From positions 9,920,001 to 9,984,000 of the forward strand of contig OZ176050.1 of NCBI GenBank assembly GCA_964247055.1: a DNA stretch of 64,000 bases, read 5' to 3'. Below are positions 14,474 through 27,877 of the stretch, piece after piece. Position 1 is the stretch's first letter, and the number at the start of each line of letters is the position of its first letter. A model generated the notes under the pieces. It saw only the letters and a program-made list of their open reading frames with translations. It was not told where the DNA came from and made no database searches. Source of the stretch: Paragordius varius (lineage: Eukaryota > Animalia > Nematomorpha). The position numbers and the translations under genes were made by a program.

Positions 14474-14684
14474 CAGTACGCTGTGTGCTTATTTCACACT
14501 ATAGTCGGGCAATTTGCAACACAGTAGAGTATGGAAAAAAACAACAAAAATATTGAATAAAATTTACAAAGTAGTGTGAGAAAGGAAAAAATTGTTTATT
14601 CAACATTTTGTTTTTTTCATACACTAATGTGTTGCGAATCGCCCAATTATAGTGTCAAATAAGCAACTATTTAAATGCATACTG
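14474..14684. mobile_element. Tc1/mariner-type MITE
   Basis: CAGTA(C/T)GC termini, an imperfect inverted repeat of about 90 bp, and TA on both flanks. Confidence 0.7.
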
Positions 14685-16635
14685 TAAATACGTAAGGTAA
14701 CTAATAAAATCAAAATAAGAGACATGATTAAATCTATTTCAACCTAATGAACAACCGAAATGGCTAATAATAGCTTTCCTTATTGTAATGTTTTTTAGAT
14801 TTTTGTGCTATCTAAAGAAAATGTCAAGAAAATGGCTACTCAAAATGAACTTTCTCTCACAAGAGAATTAAAACTAAAATAGCAAAAAGATGATAAAGTA
14901 CAATGGTTTCAAACAAATAATTAATTAATTTAATTTACACTTTATTGTTACAATATCTAAAAAAGCTGTTGCAACTCCTCGCAATGTTTACAACACAATA
15001 AATGTTTTCCTTTTCTCAACAAATAAAACCACACTTATTGTAAAATTTTGATAAATATTAGTTATTATCATCGTTTGTTAACTTATAATGACATGTTACT
15101 CAATAGATTAATCAATCAGCGATCAAAGTTTAACAAACAAATCTACCTTGAACAACTGTATTATTTGTTGATAAGGTGGATTAATAGATTAAATACATTT
15201 AACATTTTTCAAAATATTGTGACACGTTTGATAAATTATATATATAACAGATGAGCGATAATTGCTTTATTGAAATTTTACGGATATTTTAATCTGCTGA
15301 AGCAACCATATTTTAAGGTTAAAATTAAAACAACCACACTAAAAAGTAGTTAGACCTAAGGCTACACCTCAGTGTGTAGAAAAAAATTATATGATGACTT
15401 GAATGTTTCAATTTAAAGTTTACATGCTAAACATATCATTTCAGAGTTAAGATAAAATTTAAACTGTTTAAGTTGAGAAACAATTTTGAATAATTGACCT
15501 TGACACTTTCAGCCAATTTTTAATCGTTCATAGTTATAAATCCTATTTAAGATAGTTTTATTTTTTAAATGAAAATAAAGGAGGGGATTATGGTCACGTT
15601 ATAAAATTTATATCCACTGAAAAAAATTTAATAATATTTTTAAGGAATGCACAAGTTGTTTAATATTATTTCTTTATAATTATTTTGCTTGAATGTATAA
15701 TTTCCCAAGACAATTATTATTAAATGGTGTAAATTATTATTTTTATTATTATTATTCCAACCTTTCATATTTACATATGTGTCAGTCCATGTTGTTTATG
15801 TTTCCTTTCTTGGTTGGGAGGGAAAAATTACTAAACTATAAAATATGTACTGACTTTTTCGAGCAAAAAATTGCGTTTTAATTTATTTTGATCCTAACAA
15901 ATTATTAAAATATGTTTTTTCGGTATTTTCCTGAGAGCATACACATAAATAATTTTATTTTTTATGTTTGACAGTTTGCACTTTTGATCGTTCCGTTTTT
16001 TTTGGTTAATATGAAAAATATATTTTTTTTATTAATTTTAATGTATAAATATTTTTTTGTGCAATATAATTTTTGTTAGGCGCCTCTATTTAAACTACAA
16101 TAATTTGTTAATTCATAACTATAAAAGTAGAAATTTTTTTGACCATATGTTTTGGCTGTCAAAATGTTTAAATGAAGCTCAAAAAAATATCCGAAATAAT
16201 AACAAAAAATTATATTCTAAAATAATTTCCCCCATTCATGTTTTCCGTGTAAATTATATTTTTTTCTAAAAAATAAACAACAAAGCTTTTATCAAAAATT
16301 TCCACATCTATTTTGTTGTACTATATAGGTTATTATTATAAATAAATTATCGTTGTGAAAGCTTTAAATATTTTATACCAATTTTTAAAGTAAATTTTTG
16401 AAATCGGAAAAATATTTGTCCAAAATAAATTACTTTGACCCTGGTTAATTTCGCAAATGTTGGGATTCGGTAACCACCATTTGAAATAACTTATGTTATG
16501 GCTTATGCCTAAATTAATTTTTATAAAAATAGTTTACTTGTCCATTTTTTGAATGACGCTTAAAATATTTAAGTTTCCTATAATTATCTTGACCGAATAC
16601 TCAACAAATAAAGAGGTAATAAATATTAATTATTA

Positions 16636-19600
16636 CACTGTGCAACAAATTTTATCCTTTTCTTTTAGACCAGAGTGAAAATTACGATATCTTATAGAGA
16701 ATTTTTTTCTGAAAATAATGATATATTTATTATTTTCCTAGCACATTTTCACGAGCCGCTAAAAGGTTTCAAAAATCCAAAAACCATCAAAAATGCCTGT
16801 TTTTGTAACCCTATAACTTTTTGAATTATATAGCTTATTATATTTTTTGGTGGGAATATTACAAATTATATTTTAAAATTCATGTAACATTTTAAAATTT
16901 TTAAAAGTCTCTACTACTTTTTGATTTATTTGGAAAAAACGAAACTTAGCTCCAAAAAAATAGCGTTTCAAAACAATGAAAAATTAAAAGACCTACTGGC
17001 ATCATTTGATTGACAGCTTTTCATTATACATTACTAAAATAATAAAATTTGTTTTTTTCTAAATATGAAAAATAGTATATATATTCAATGTTATAATAAA
17101 TTTAATATTAAAATGGTAATATTTTTAAATTTATTAATATTAATGGATAATAAACTCTGTGTTTGAATTAATATTATATGATTTTTAGTAATATTTCAAT
17201 TATGTTATTATATACTTGTTATTAATTTAAAAGTAAATTTAGTTATTCTAAAATAAGGTTTTAAAAATTTAATACAGAAATGATTTCAAAATTATAAATA
17301 TATTAAAATATTTTTAATTAAAACACAATATACGAATATATTTATTATTAAAATTGATACTTGTTACATATTAATTGCATATATCAAATTTAAATTGTGT
17401 ATAACCATATTAAATGCATAAAAATATTTATTATGAAAATTGATAAATGTTACATATTAATTGCATCAATATATCATATTTATTACATGTTAAATAAAAT
17501 AAATGCATTAATTTATAAATTTGTATCAGATATTATAACATTATATATTATACAAGTATGAAAATTATTTTAAAAAGAAACATTTTTTGTAATTTTTCAG
17601 TTTATGATCTATATCAGGAACGCGATAAAGTGTCCAAATATAATCTGCCAACATCGCCGTATCACATTTCCCGTGATATCTATCTTCCATAGCTAAAATC
17701 TCCTGATGGAAGCGCTCCCCCTGTTCATCACTAAATGCCCCTAAGTTATCTGGAAAATACTCCAGATGAGCATGAAGGAAGTGAATTTTAAGAGACATGC
17801 GCACTCCAAACTCCTGAAAACATTTCATCATTTCGGCCACACCATCCTTATAACACGGGGATTTGACATTTCCTTAAAAAGTGATGTTCAATATATTATT
17901 ATTTTTTTAAAGAATTAGATATAACAAAAATTACCTAAGAAATTTCGGCAAACCCATATTACAGATTTCCAAGTTCTTAATTCTATATCACCCAAAAGTG
18001 ACATAAACTTATCATCATCAAATAATTTCCTTATCTGAGGGCCGACAAAAATACCCTCTTTAATCTTAGAGTCCGATATCTTGGGAAATATCTGACTAAG
18101 ATATTGAAATCCACGAGTGTCTAACTTCGCCATTGCTTTGACCAGATTTTTTACTAATCCAAGCTTTATATGTAACGGCGGAAGTAATATATTTTTTGTA
18201 TCTAACAGAGGAATTCGGCCTATGCTAAAATTACCTGGAGCATAATCATTACGCATAGGAAAGATTTTTTGATAATGATTTGTTGTATCCCTGCTATCCC
18301 AGCAACAGAGAAAACAACAAAATTTAACAAAACCAAAATTAAGACCTGCTAGAATTGCGGTTACTTTTAAATCCGTACAAATTTGCCACTGAAACTTCGG
18401 ATATTGTAACAACGTCAAAAATTTAGATAAATTTTCGTAGTTTTCCTTTTTGCAACGAGCATATGCAACAGGAATACTCGGTAAGTTGTTGTTATTATCC
18501 AAAAGGACGGCTTTAAAACTTGTTTTGGATGAATCCAAAAACAAACGCCATTCTTTGGGTTCCATTGGATATTGCAGGAAATTGAACATTCCCTCAATGT
18601 CCTGACAAAAAGTTATACCATCTTCTTCATTAAAATATTTCGTGAGATGGTCACTGCGCCCTCTATAGGATGTGCGCACACCAAAATCCAATGCATCATA
18701 TTCCGCAAGTCGAGAACCTTTAAATATAAAATACTATACCAAGGACATCAGCGTTTCGTTTGGATAAATTTAAATCTTTAACCAAATTATCCAATGCATT
18801 TTGATTCATTTTACGTTTTACTATAGTTAGACGGGAAGTGGTGGATAAAGTTTCAACGTCGTCAGAAATTATATCAGTGTTTTCTTCCTGCCCGCTAAAA
18901 ATGGGGGGTGTAGTGGACGAAGTATTGGCATATAAAATTTGTTTTTTAGCAGATTTGTTGAATTTGGAAATGTTAGAACAGCAAAAATAGCAATCCGTTA
19001 TATGGTCTTTCGGTTCATGCCAGACCATAGGTTCTTCAATTTTCAAAATTTTTTTATCAGGCCATGCCAATAAACCATTGTAGCATGTTTGACATAATGA
19101 ATGCGGGCTCCATGGCTTGTCTTGGTCCATTAAAGGTAGATTGAATTTCGCCTCGTAGGCAGCTTTAGCCCTTTCACTTATTTTTCGTCTTCGTGAGTTT
19201 CTGAATATGTATTGTCCACAGACGTGGCAAAACGAATTAGGGTCCCTCAAACATTTGCGCCGCTAAAAATAAATGCATATAATAACTTCACCTGTAACAA
19301 CGCGACAGAAATACTGTTTCAAGTTATGTTATGGATTGAAAAATGTAATTAAATTTTATTTAAACGTGCCACAATTAATAAAGGGTAAATTTAAATTAAA
19401 AAAATTGATTATATTGAATTTATTTAACTATAAAATGTTCTAATATAATATAAAAAATCACCTCATTGGAATTCATGGATATAAAATTTATGAAAGTTAT
19501 TTCCGGGAAAAAAACAAATGAATGCCTTTTTTGCTTTTCTGTTAGTTCAACATTTCAGTTTATATATATTTGCATGTTTATATTTTTTGTTTGTTGAAAA

Positions 19601-20290
19601 AAACTTTCGTATATTAAAAAACAAAATTTCATGATTCATATAATCACGTACAATACATAATAAATAAATTTGCATGTTTAAAATTAATTTTTAATTATAA
19701 ATAATATATATCAAATTAATATTATATATTTATTATTTTATTAATTATTTTATAAATATACTTGATTTATTCCTAAAATTAATATTTACATTTTTTAATT
19801 AATATTAACATATATTTATTATTTTATTAATTAAACTATAAATATACTAATTTATTCCTAAAATTAATATTTACATTTTTTAATTAATATTAACATTAAA
19901 TTTTTCCATTTTGTTATGTATTAAAAATGGTATGGTGCCTGCACGTCTCTTAATTTTTCATTGTTTTGAAACGCTATTTTTTTGGAGCTAAGTTTCGTTT
20001 TTTCCAAATAAATCAAAAAGTAGTAGAGACTTTTAAAAATTTTAAAATGTTACATGAATTTTAAAATATAATTTGTAATATCCTCCAAAAAATAAATAAT
20101 AAGCTATAAAATTCAAAAAATTATAGGGTTACAAAAACAGGCATTTTTGATGGTTTTTGGATTTTTGAAACCTTTTAGCGGCTCGTGAAAATGTGCTAGG
20201 AAAATATTAAATATATCATTATTTTCAGAAAAAAATTCTCTATAAGATGTAGTAATTTTCACTCTGGTCTAAAAATCGTGTTGCACAGTG
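16636..20290 (-). mobile_element. Full-length Chapaev3-type (CMC superfamily) DNA transposon
   Basis: CACTGTGCAACA...TGTTGCACAGTG termini. Near-identical terminal inverted repeats of about 350 bp (16636-about 16992; about 19945-20290). TTA target-site duplication at 16633-16635 and 20291-20293. Internal transposase gene. Confidence 0.93.
17565..19476 (-). CDS. Chapaev3 transposase, 542 aa after splicing 4 exons
   Basis: Exons 19462-19476, 18740-19262, 17935-18717, 17565-17872 (1629 nt, open). N-terminal Zn-binding domain CHVCG...DQDKPWSPHSLCQTC...HITDCYFC, and core motifs LFLDSSK, ICTDLK, LPPLHIKLG and KIHFLHAHL..SDEQGERFHQ. Introns are 199, 22 and 62 nt. Confidence 0.9.
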
Positions 20291-23213
20291 TTATTAAACC
20301 CAATCGACTTTTGGAAAAAGTATATATTGTTCCATTACGGCTTAATATAATGTCGTCATACTAGTATAAATTCATTCATTTGACTCCTATTTTCTCAAAA
20401 GAATAGCTAATGATGTGAATCAAAAATATAAAATTATTTCCTATTGAGTATTTTCATGGTGTTATAATTTTACTGTTTTTTAATAATTTGGTATCATTGT
20501 GTGTAATTAAACCTCCTATCCAATAACTTCTATTAAAAACCGTATATGATTGCTCGTCTCATAATTGGAAACTCATAACAATTATAATAATAAATTTGTT
20601 GATATAAAACAAAAATATAATTCAAAGATGTTTGCATTGGTTTAATTTTATTATATGGCTCTGACATCTATATAAATATTTGAAGTCTTAAAAGGTACAA
20701 AATGAACTCCGAAATTTAAGACATTACGTGTAATTTATATACTTCTAATATATATTATATTTGGTAATTACAGAAGTTTTCAAAAGAAAAAAATTTAGTT
20801 TTTTACTGCATGAATGATATTTATTAATGTAAGTGTAATTAAAAAACATAAGCATAAGCACGTAAGTATGTAAGTATTACTTACGCCCTTACTTTAATAT
20901 GGGTCGTAATCAACGCTTATGAAGTTATATATATTCATATATAAATATATAATACCGATTTCGCAAGTTATAGCGATGAATATAGATGATTTTTTATATG
21001 TAAAATATTTTTCCAATAATACATTAATGGAAGTTTTTAATGTTTTTTGAGTCTACGAGAGAGCCTCAACACCTAAAAATTGTAGCAAGTGTGAAAAATT
21101 ACCCGCTTTTCACACTGCAGCAAATTTAAACAGTAACCTTTGGGGAGCGCAATATTTTGATGATAAGGAAAGCGTAAAAAAACTTAAGAACCAAAGCCCT
21201 AAAAAAAATACCACAATACCTATTTCGAATAAAAAGTTGTCGGATAGTACCATTTTTATCATTTATTTTTTATATATATAGGTTACTTTTGGCATAATTA
21301 GATTATGATAAAAACTATATGTATTTAAGAACTTGTGATTTCACCCAAAAAAACTCCAGGATAGGTTTACTGTGGTTACATCAATCAAATAAAATGATTC
21401 ACCAGCAAAGAATATTAGAATTATCTAAAAAAATAACCGATTTAAAGTTTCTTATTTTTTAAAAGTGTAAAGACTTAACTTGTTTATCAAACCCATAAAA
21501 ACTTTGACACTCGCCTACCCAGCGGGGCATGGAAAAATGCCTATTTTTGGGGTTCAAAATCAGGTAGATCACACAAACAGTATAGATGCCCTGAGAGTTC
21601 CCCGATCTGCAAAAAGAGTTTTAATAATTTGGATTTTTTGAGTGATAACTACATTTTTACAGATTATAAGCGGAAACTAAATTATATTTCATGGGTCTCT
21701 TTACGAAAAAATAATGATTAGACTTAACATATTTTATATCTTATTAATAGCTAAAAATATTATTTCGTTTCTAACGGGGTTTCATCTAAATGTCATTTCA
21801 TGGTGGATCATAATTTTCTAGCACTTATAAAGATAATCCTTTCTAAAAAGTCATTTAATTACATAAAATTAATAGATTCTCATGCATTATTTATGAATTT
21901 AAACAATTATATTAATATAACTAACCATTTGTCATTTAAGAAACAACTTTCTAAATCTTGATAACAAAATACGCTTGTCTATAAATAATGGAAACCGGGT
22001 ATTTTACAGATTCCTGAAACTTAATCAAGTTAATGTGCAACATTATCAATTACCTTATACATAGGTTTTATAATCGCAACAGATTTAGAAATCTGTCAGA
22101 TATGGCTGGGAATTTTTTCAAAATCTTTGACGAGGAAAACCAATTTAATAATATAATTTATTAATTTTTGTTAACCATAAGTTAATGAAAATTATCAAAT
22201 ATTATAATATAAGTATTTGTTATAAAGGTTCGAACAAAATTGTTTTTTGGCATAAAAAAATTACATACATAAAAATATGACGATAAAATTGATATAATGT
22301 GAAAATCCCTTTTCGATGGTAATATTAATAATTTTATAATATAATTGGGATAAAATAACACAAAACAGAGACATATATGGGAAAAGAGAGCAAGCGCTAT
22401 ATATGCTCAATTTCATTCATGACAAATGACGTTGCGGTGTCAGAAACGAATCATTATATATATACTTTTTTTTGTCAATTTAGGGAATATCATGTATAAT
22501 AATAAATATAACTGAGTGATCAAATATGATAGATATTTGGAAAAGATAAGAATTGTTATCTAATAAAAAATTCCCTAGTGTAACTTAATGTTGAATATTT
22601 CGCATAGATGCCGCCGGATATAAATTACGGTAATTCTTTAAATGATGCTGATGATGCTTACTATGGTTATAACGATATGGTTTAAGGTTACCATTTTGCA
22701 AGGGTTGTTCTATCATAATTTCTTTTACCATTATTTCTTTAACTCTAAAATACAAATAGGCATAAAATAGTTTTCTATAATAAGTTTAAGTAATTATTGC
22801 ATTAGGATGCAAAAGGCCATTAAAATTTAATTTGAAATTTTGAATTTTTAAAAATTAAGACACCTTTGCTTAGTGTGCCTAATTGGATCACGACGCGCCC
22901 ATTATGGTAAACAACATATGGTTTTAAATGTCATACATTTAATCAAATATTCTTTAAATATTACTAACTTAAAAGCCCAATAAAATTATTGATAAACCTT
23001 TAAAAATTATTTTTTTTTAAATAATATTATTGTTTTTATTATGAAATATGAATTAATAATAATTTTAGAAAAAAATGTAACGTCAACAATTCTTTTTACC
23101 CTTTCATCAGATGCATGCCGGACTAATTGTCAATATATAACCAATTAATGCAATTTAAGCTTAATCACCTGTAACAATAGTGTTAGTGTTAATAAACAAA
23201 AATATTAGCTAAA

Positions 23214-24405
23214 TTACCCTTGATGATATTTTTTGTCAATGTTTTTGGCCACATAATAATGATAAGGATATTGTCGTCCACGTTTATGTATGCGTCGATT
23301 TCGTGAAAAGTAATGCTTCAATTGTTTGCGAAATTTTGGATTTAAAAAACAGTAGGAGATTGGATTACAACAAGCAGACACGTAACTGATGAGATGTATA
23401 ACGGAAATAAGGGTGGAACCGCGGAGTCGGTCTAATAACGTCGTAGGACTGTGCACGTACCATGTTGTAATGATGTACAACGGTGTCCAACATATAAAAA
23501 ATTCGAGTACCACAATGCATAACATTCCAATGATACGCCTTTTAACCTGAAAACTACGGAGGGCCGCACTCTCACTCGCATATCTTCGGACCACAGTGAT
23601 TGGAGATGCTTCTTCTTTCCCAGCTAAATTGGTTACAATGATTGCATTATTAATATTATTTTTGGGTATATTGTTGTTGGTTGCTGTTGTACTAATCGAT
23701 CCTCGATAATTAAAGGTGTGCTAGGGGAAAAAATGTAAGCAATTATGTTGAGTTTAAAAAACTTTAAATGGTGTAAGCATGTGCAAACATTCAAAAATTT
23801 ACGATAGATAAAATTAACTTAGTACATAAATTTGAACAATTATGGTGATTGATGGAAAGAGGATGTCCTAACTGTATTAAATGAACCGGTTAAATTAGAC
23901 GCACACAAAATCTAATAAGCGATAAATTAAAAAAACATCGAAAATTTATATTTTTTGGAACCAATTAATTACGTTTTATTCACCTGAAAATTGTAATACG
24001 TGCGGTTAAAGTTAGATAATCAATTTTAGCGGTTGTTTTGTATTTAATTTTTGTTAAATCCGAAGCTTAACTCATTTTTACATTGGGTATCAGCACTTAA
24101 GGTTACTATATAAATCGATAAATCATGATAAAAAATGTGTAAGTTTTTAAAAATATATATTTAAATAGATCACAATATCCATGCGATTTATATTTTTTTT
24201 AAAACTGATGTACTATATTTAACCACGGAAATGTTATTTTTCTACCATAAAAAATTTTATTATTATTTTTTCAATTATTTATTTTTAATTAATTTTAATG
24301 TCTCCAAGCAAATAATACCATCTATACAATATGTATACTGTGTTGGTAGGAGTATTATTATTTCTACGCAGTTGGAATTTCATATTTAATTAAGAATTCA
24401 AAGAA

Positions 24406-24468
<63 letters not shown>

Positions 24469-27400
24469 AGTCTACAATTTCACTTCAAACAAAAATTTTA
24501 ACCATATTACTATTTTTATTTTACACCACAGAGTTTAAAGTTATATACAACACACACTCTCACAATTTTAAATTATATAATTACTTTATTTGGTGATTCC
24601 TCCATAGTGACATTCTTTGTCACAACAGAAAAAAGTGTATTTTTATTCCAAGATATAGATGGTTTGCTTAACACGTAACTTGGCAAGAGTATGGTGGAAC
24701 GCCTTTTAGCTTTTGTATTTATTTGAGGTGCAATCGATTTTAAGCGTTCTTCTCTGACCAAAGGTCTTGTACAAGATTGAGATCTTTTAACTTTTCGGCA
24801 TGTTAAATCATGCCCCACCAATATTTTGTCAATTGGCGGGGTATTTTGTCGTTTTTTTAACTTGAACTGAGGTGTCTTAATACTAGAAACGTCTGTTTTT
24901 GCTATCGAGGTCGACGTTGTAGTTTTGAAAGAACTAAATAAGGAGAACCGTTGTTTAACAAACGAACCCAAAAACGAGTTACGGAAGGACGAATTATAGC
25001 TATTTTTGTGATTTATAATTGTAATGGTAGGGGATGATGATGTTATGAGATTGCTAGGTTTATTCAAATAATTTAACCAACATTGTGAAACATGGCCCAA
25101 TTTATACCAAAAACTTTCGGAAGATGGTATGTTTGATGATGATGTCAATTTTTTCCTTCTGGATAAATAAGAATAATGCGTTGGTGTGGAAGGAGAAGAT
25201 TTGAATAGGGTAGCAGATTCAGGTCCTAGAAATCATAAAATGATATTTTAAACAATTAGTATAACGCATTTATCTAAAACAGGGGTGCCCAACAAAAATT
25301 TGCGGCTGCCGAATTTCAGACCAAAAATTTTTGACGGGCCGCATTTAAAACATACATGGGCATTAATAAATATTTTATCAAATTCCAACATAAAACTGTG
25401 CAAAAAATACTATAAAAACTATGTATTTCACCAATTTTGAAATTCCTTCCCAATACATGGAAAGACTTATTAAATTTTGAATTGAGAATTATTCTTTTTT
25501 TTGGCAAATTTTAATATTTTTCGTGGGCCGCGCAAATATCATGGAGGGATTCATGTTAAACACCCTTGGTTATAAACACACACATTATTTTTCTTTTTTT
25601 AGAACAAAGGGATCCATAAAGTATTAACATAGTTTATCGTCAATTTTCGGGCAAAAAAAATCAATTAGTTTTCATTTCAAACATTTTTATGGTTTAAAAT
25701 ATAACATCTTATCTTTTTTATAATTTTTATGACGCCTGGGGTGAATTCTAATTTCAGACAAACAACAATATGTGGTAGCATATATGGAATGTATAAATTT
25801 AAGAATCAAAAATAAGGGGCCGAAATCAATATATGAATAAAGAGTCTGAGTCAACCATTTATTTAACACATGAAATTTTTTATTAAATATCTTTATCGTA
25901 ATTTGTATAAAAATATTTTAATCGTTTTTTTGCTAATACCTAACTATAAACATTATTTTATCTTAAAAGTTTTTCCTCCTCTTTCCTATTTTGCATTTAT
26001 ATGTTAATGCAATTCGAAGTTAATTTAATGTAAAATTATCAATTTATATTAGTGGTTATCAAACTACGGCCCTAAAAATGCTTCTTTATGGCCCTGAAAT
26101 ACTTATTTAATTTTTTTCGTAATTTATATAAATATCTTCAAAAGTATCAAATAGCAATATACTAGTATTTATCGGTATTACAGCCCTTGAGAAAATAAAA
26201 ATATATATTTTGGCCCTTTGAAATTTTTTGGTGAGTACTACGTATCTATATTGTTTTATGGGAGAATTAAAATTAAAAAAAATTGGCGGCAAAAGCTTTG
26301 AGATAAAGGTTTTTTTAATTTTACATAAATATTTTTTGAAACACACTTAATGGCCATTGAATGTATATTTTTGGAATAAAAACCTAACTTTGTCTTTCGT
26401 AACATAGAATTGCTTTGGATAAAATATATCATCTACCTTAAATGTATTTAAACGTTTAATATAGGATATACCATCTCTTTGATTCTGTTTTTCACGTTTG
26501 ATAGCTCTTAACAGGACAATACTTATTTTGGTGTAAGTGAAAATCATAATCACTAGCGGAGTAATAAGAAGTGCAAAATTAAGGAACCAAGTGTACATTA
26601 ATTCTTGCCTCGGTTTTTGCCATAACTCTCTACAAGCATAAGTAAGGGTACTTTTTGTTGAAAGAAAAGAATTGCGATTATCATTTATGTTTGTTATTAG
26701 TTGTTTGGGCGAATTTTGCAGTGTAGCATGTATTGTAGTAAGGTTATTAGTATTGTTATTATAAATATAATTATATTTAGTTTCAAGCTTGGTATAAGTG
26801 CCGCCATATCCAATTTGTTTAAGATCACTGACTAAAATGATGGGAAAAGTTATGCAAAACGCATTGATCCAAATGATAATGAGCGTATTTAGCGAGTGTT
26901 TAATAGTTTGCCATCGACGAGAATAAAATGGTTTGCAAATGGCAAAATATCGTTCCAATGAAATTGTAACTAGTGTCCATACACTCAAAGCAACCGAAAA
27001 AGCTAAAGGTTAACAATGGAAATTGATTTAAAAGTTTCAAAAAAAAATTAACACTACAAAATAATAAAACAGCAATAATAATTAGTCGGCAATTTATTTA
27101 AAAATTAAACAAAAATTAAATAGTTACTGAAAACGAGACTTTAAATTTTTACATTCATTGCTGTAAAATAAAACTTAATCTTCATTTTATTCAAAAAAAT
27201 GGACCAATGCCTTTTCAAACTATATACCTTGAAATATTGAAATTCAGGAAATGTATACCTTGTAAAAAAGGGATAATTTTGCACAACACTCGCCCAAAAA
27301 TAAAATTTTTCAAAATGTGTCCAATCAATGTGAATGGTATACACATGATAGCTAAAATTAAATCGCTAACAGCCAAATTGATTAAATAAATATTCGTAAT

Positions 27401-27526
27401 GGTATAAGTTGATCGCCGGCGTGATAAAACCAATATAACTAATATATTTCCAATCAATGATAAAACAAAAATCACGATATAACCGATGATTATAACCAAG
27501 GATCGAATATCAATGATAAAATTCAT
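23214..27526 (-). CDS. Cholecystokinin/sulfakinin-type neuropeptide GPCR; 4 exons, exact C-terminus uncertain
   Basis: Exons 27259-27526, 26472-27002, 24585-25225, 23214-23720 join in frame. Motifs GNILV, TNIYLINLAVSDL..CIPFTL, CKIIPFLQ, SVWTLVTISLERYFAICKP, KRRIIGML..FFICWTPLY and ISYVSACCNPISYCFLNPKFR. Confidence 0.88.
24408..24465. repeat. (TA)n microsatellite
   Basis: Perfect dinucleotide run in GPCR intron 3. Similar runs occur near 2553, 11250, 30985, 35472 and 53622. Confidence 0.95.
25280..25568. mobile_element. Degenerate hAT-type MITE
   Basis: CAGGGGTG...CACCCTTG termini with internal GGGCCGC motifs, in GPCR intron 2. TSD not conserved. Confidence 0.5.
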
Positions 27527-27877
27527 TGGGACACAGAAAAATTAAAAGTTAAATGAAGTTTCACAGTAATCAAAAAATAATTTATTTCTAAAAAGACGAA
27601 CTCTGCTTATATGATTTTGTAAAGTAAATTATAGATTATATATTATGGTTTACTTTTCTAGTATTTTTTTACTAAATACTGTTAATGCAGAATGGTCACT
27701 TAAAAACACAATAAATGCTTTTCCATAATAATGTATAACAAACAGATAAGGTTACAAATTAAACAATTTATTCAGACGTTTTTTTATATGACATATATAC
27801 ATGCACATATTTTGGTTTGCGCAATATCACAATGGAAATACATATAAAATTAAGATTTTTGTGCAAAAATAAATCAT

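Noticed and set aside
19264-19291. About 29-nt GT...AG segment just upstream of transposase exon 2
   Set aside because: No in-frame ATG upstream of it. The MNSNE exon at 19462-19476 gives a phase-correct start, although the segment could be an alternative 5' UTR intron.
24405-24596. ORF MIYIYIYI...
   Set aside because: Translation of a (TA)n microsatellite.
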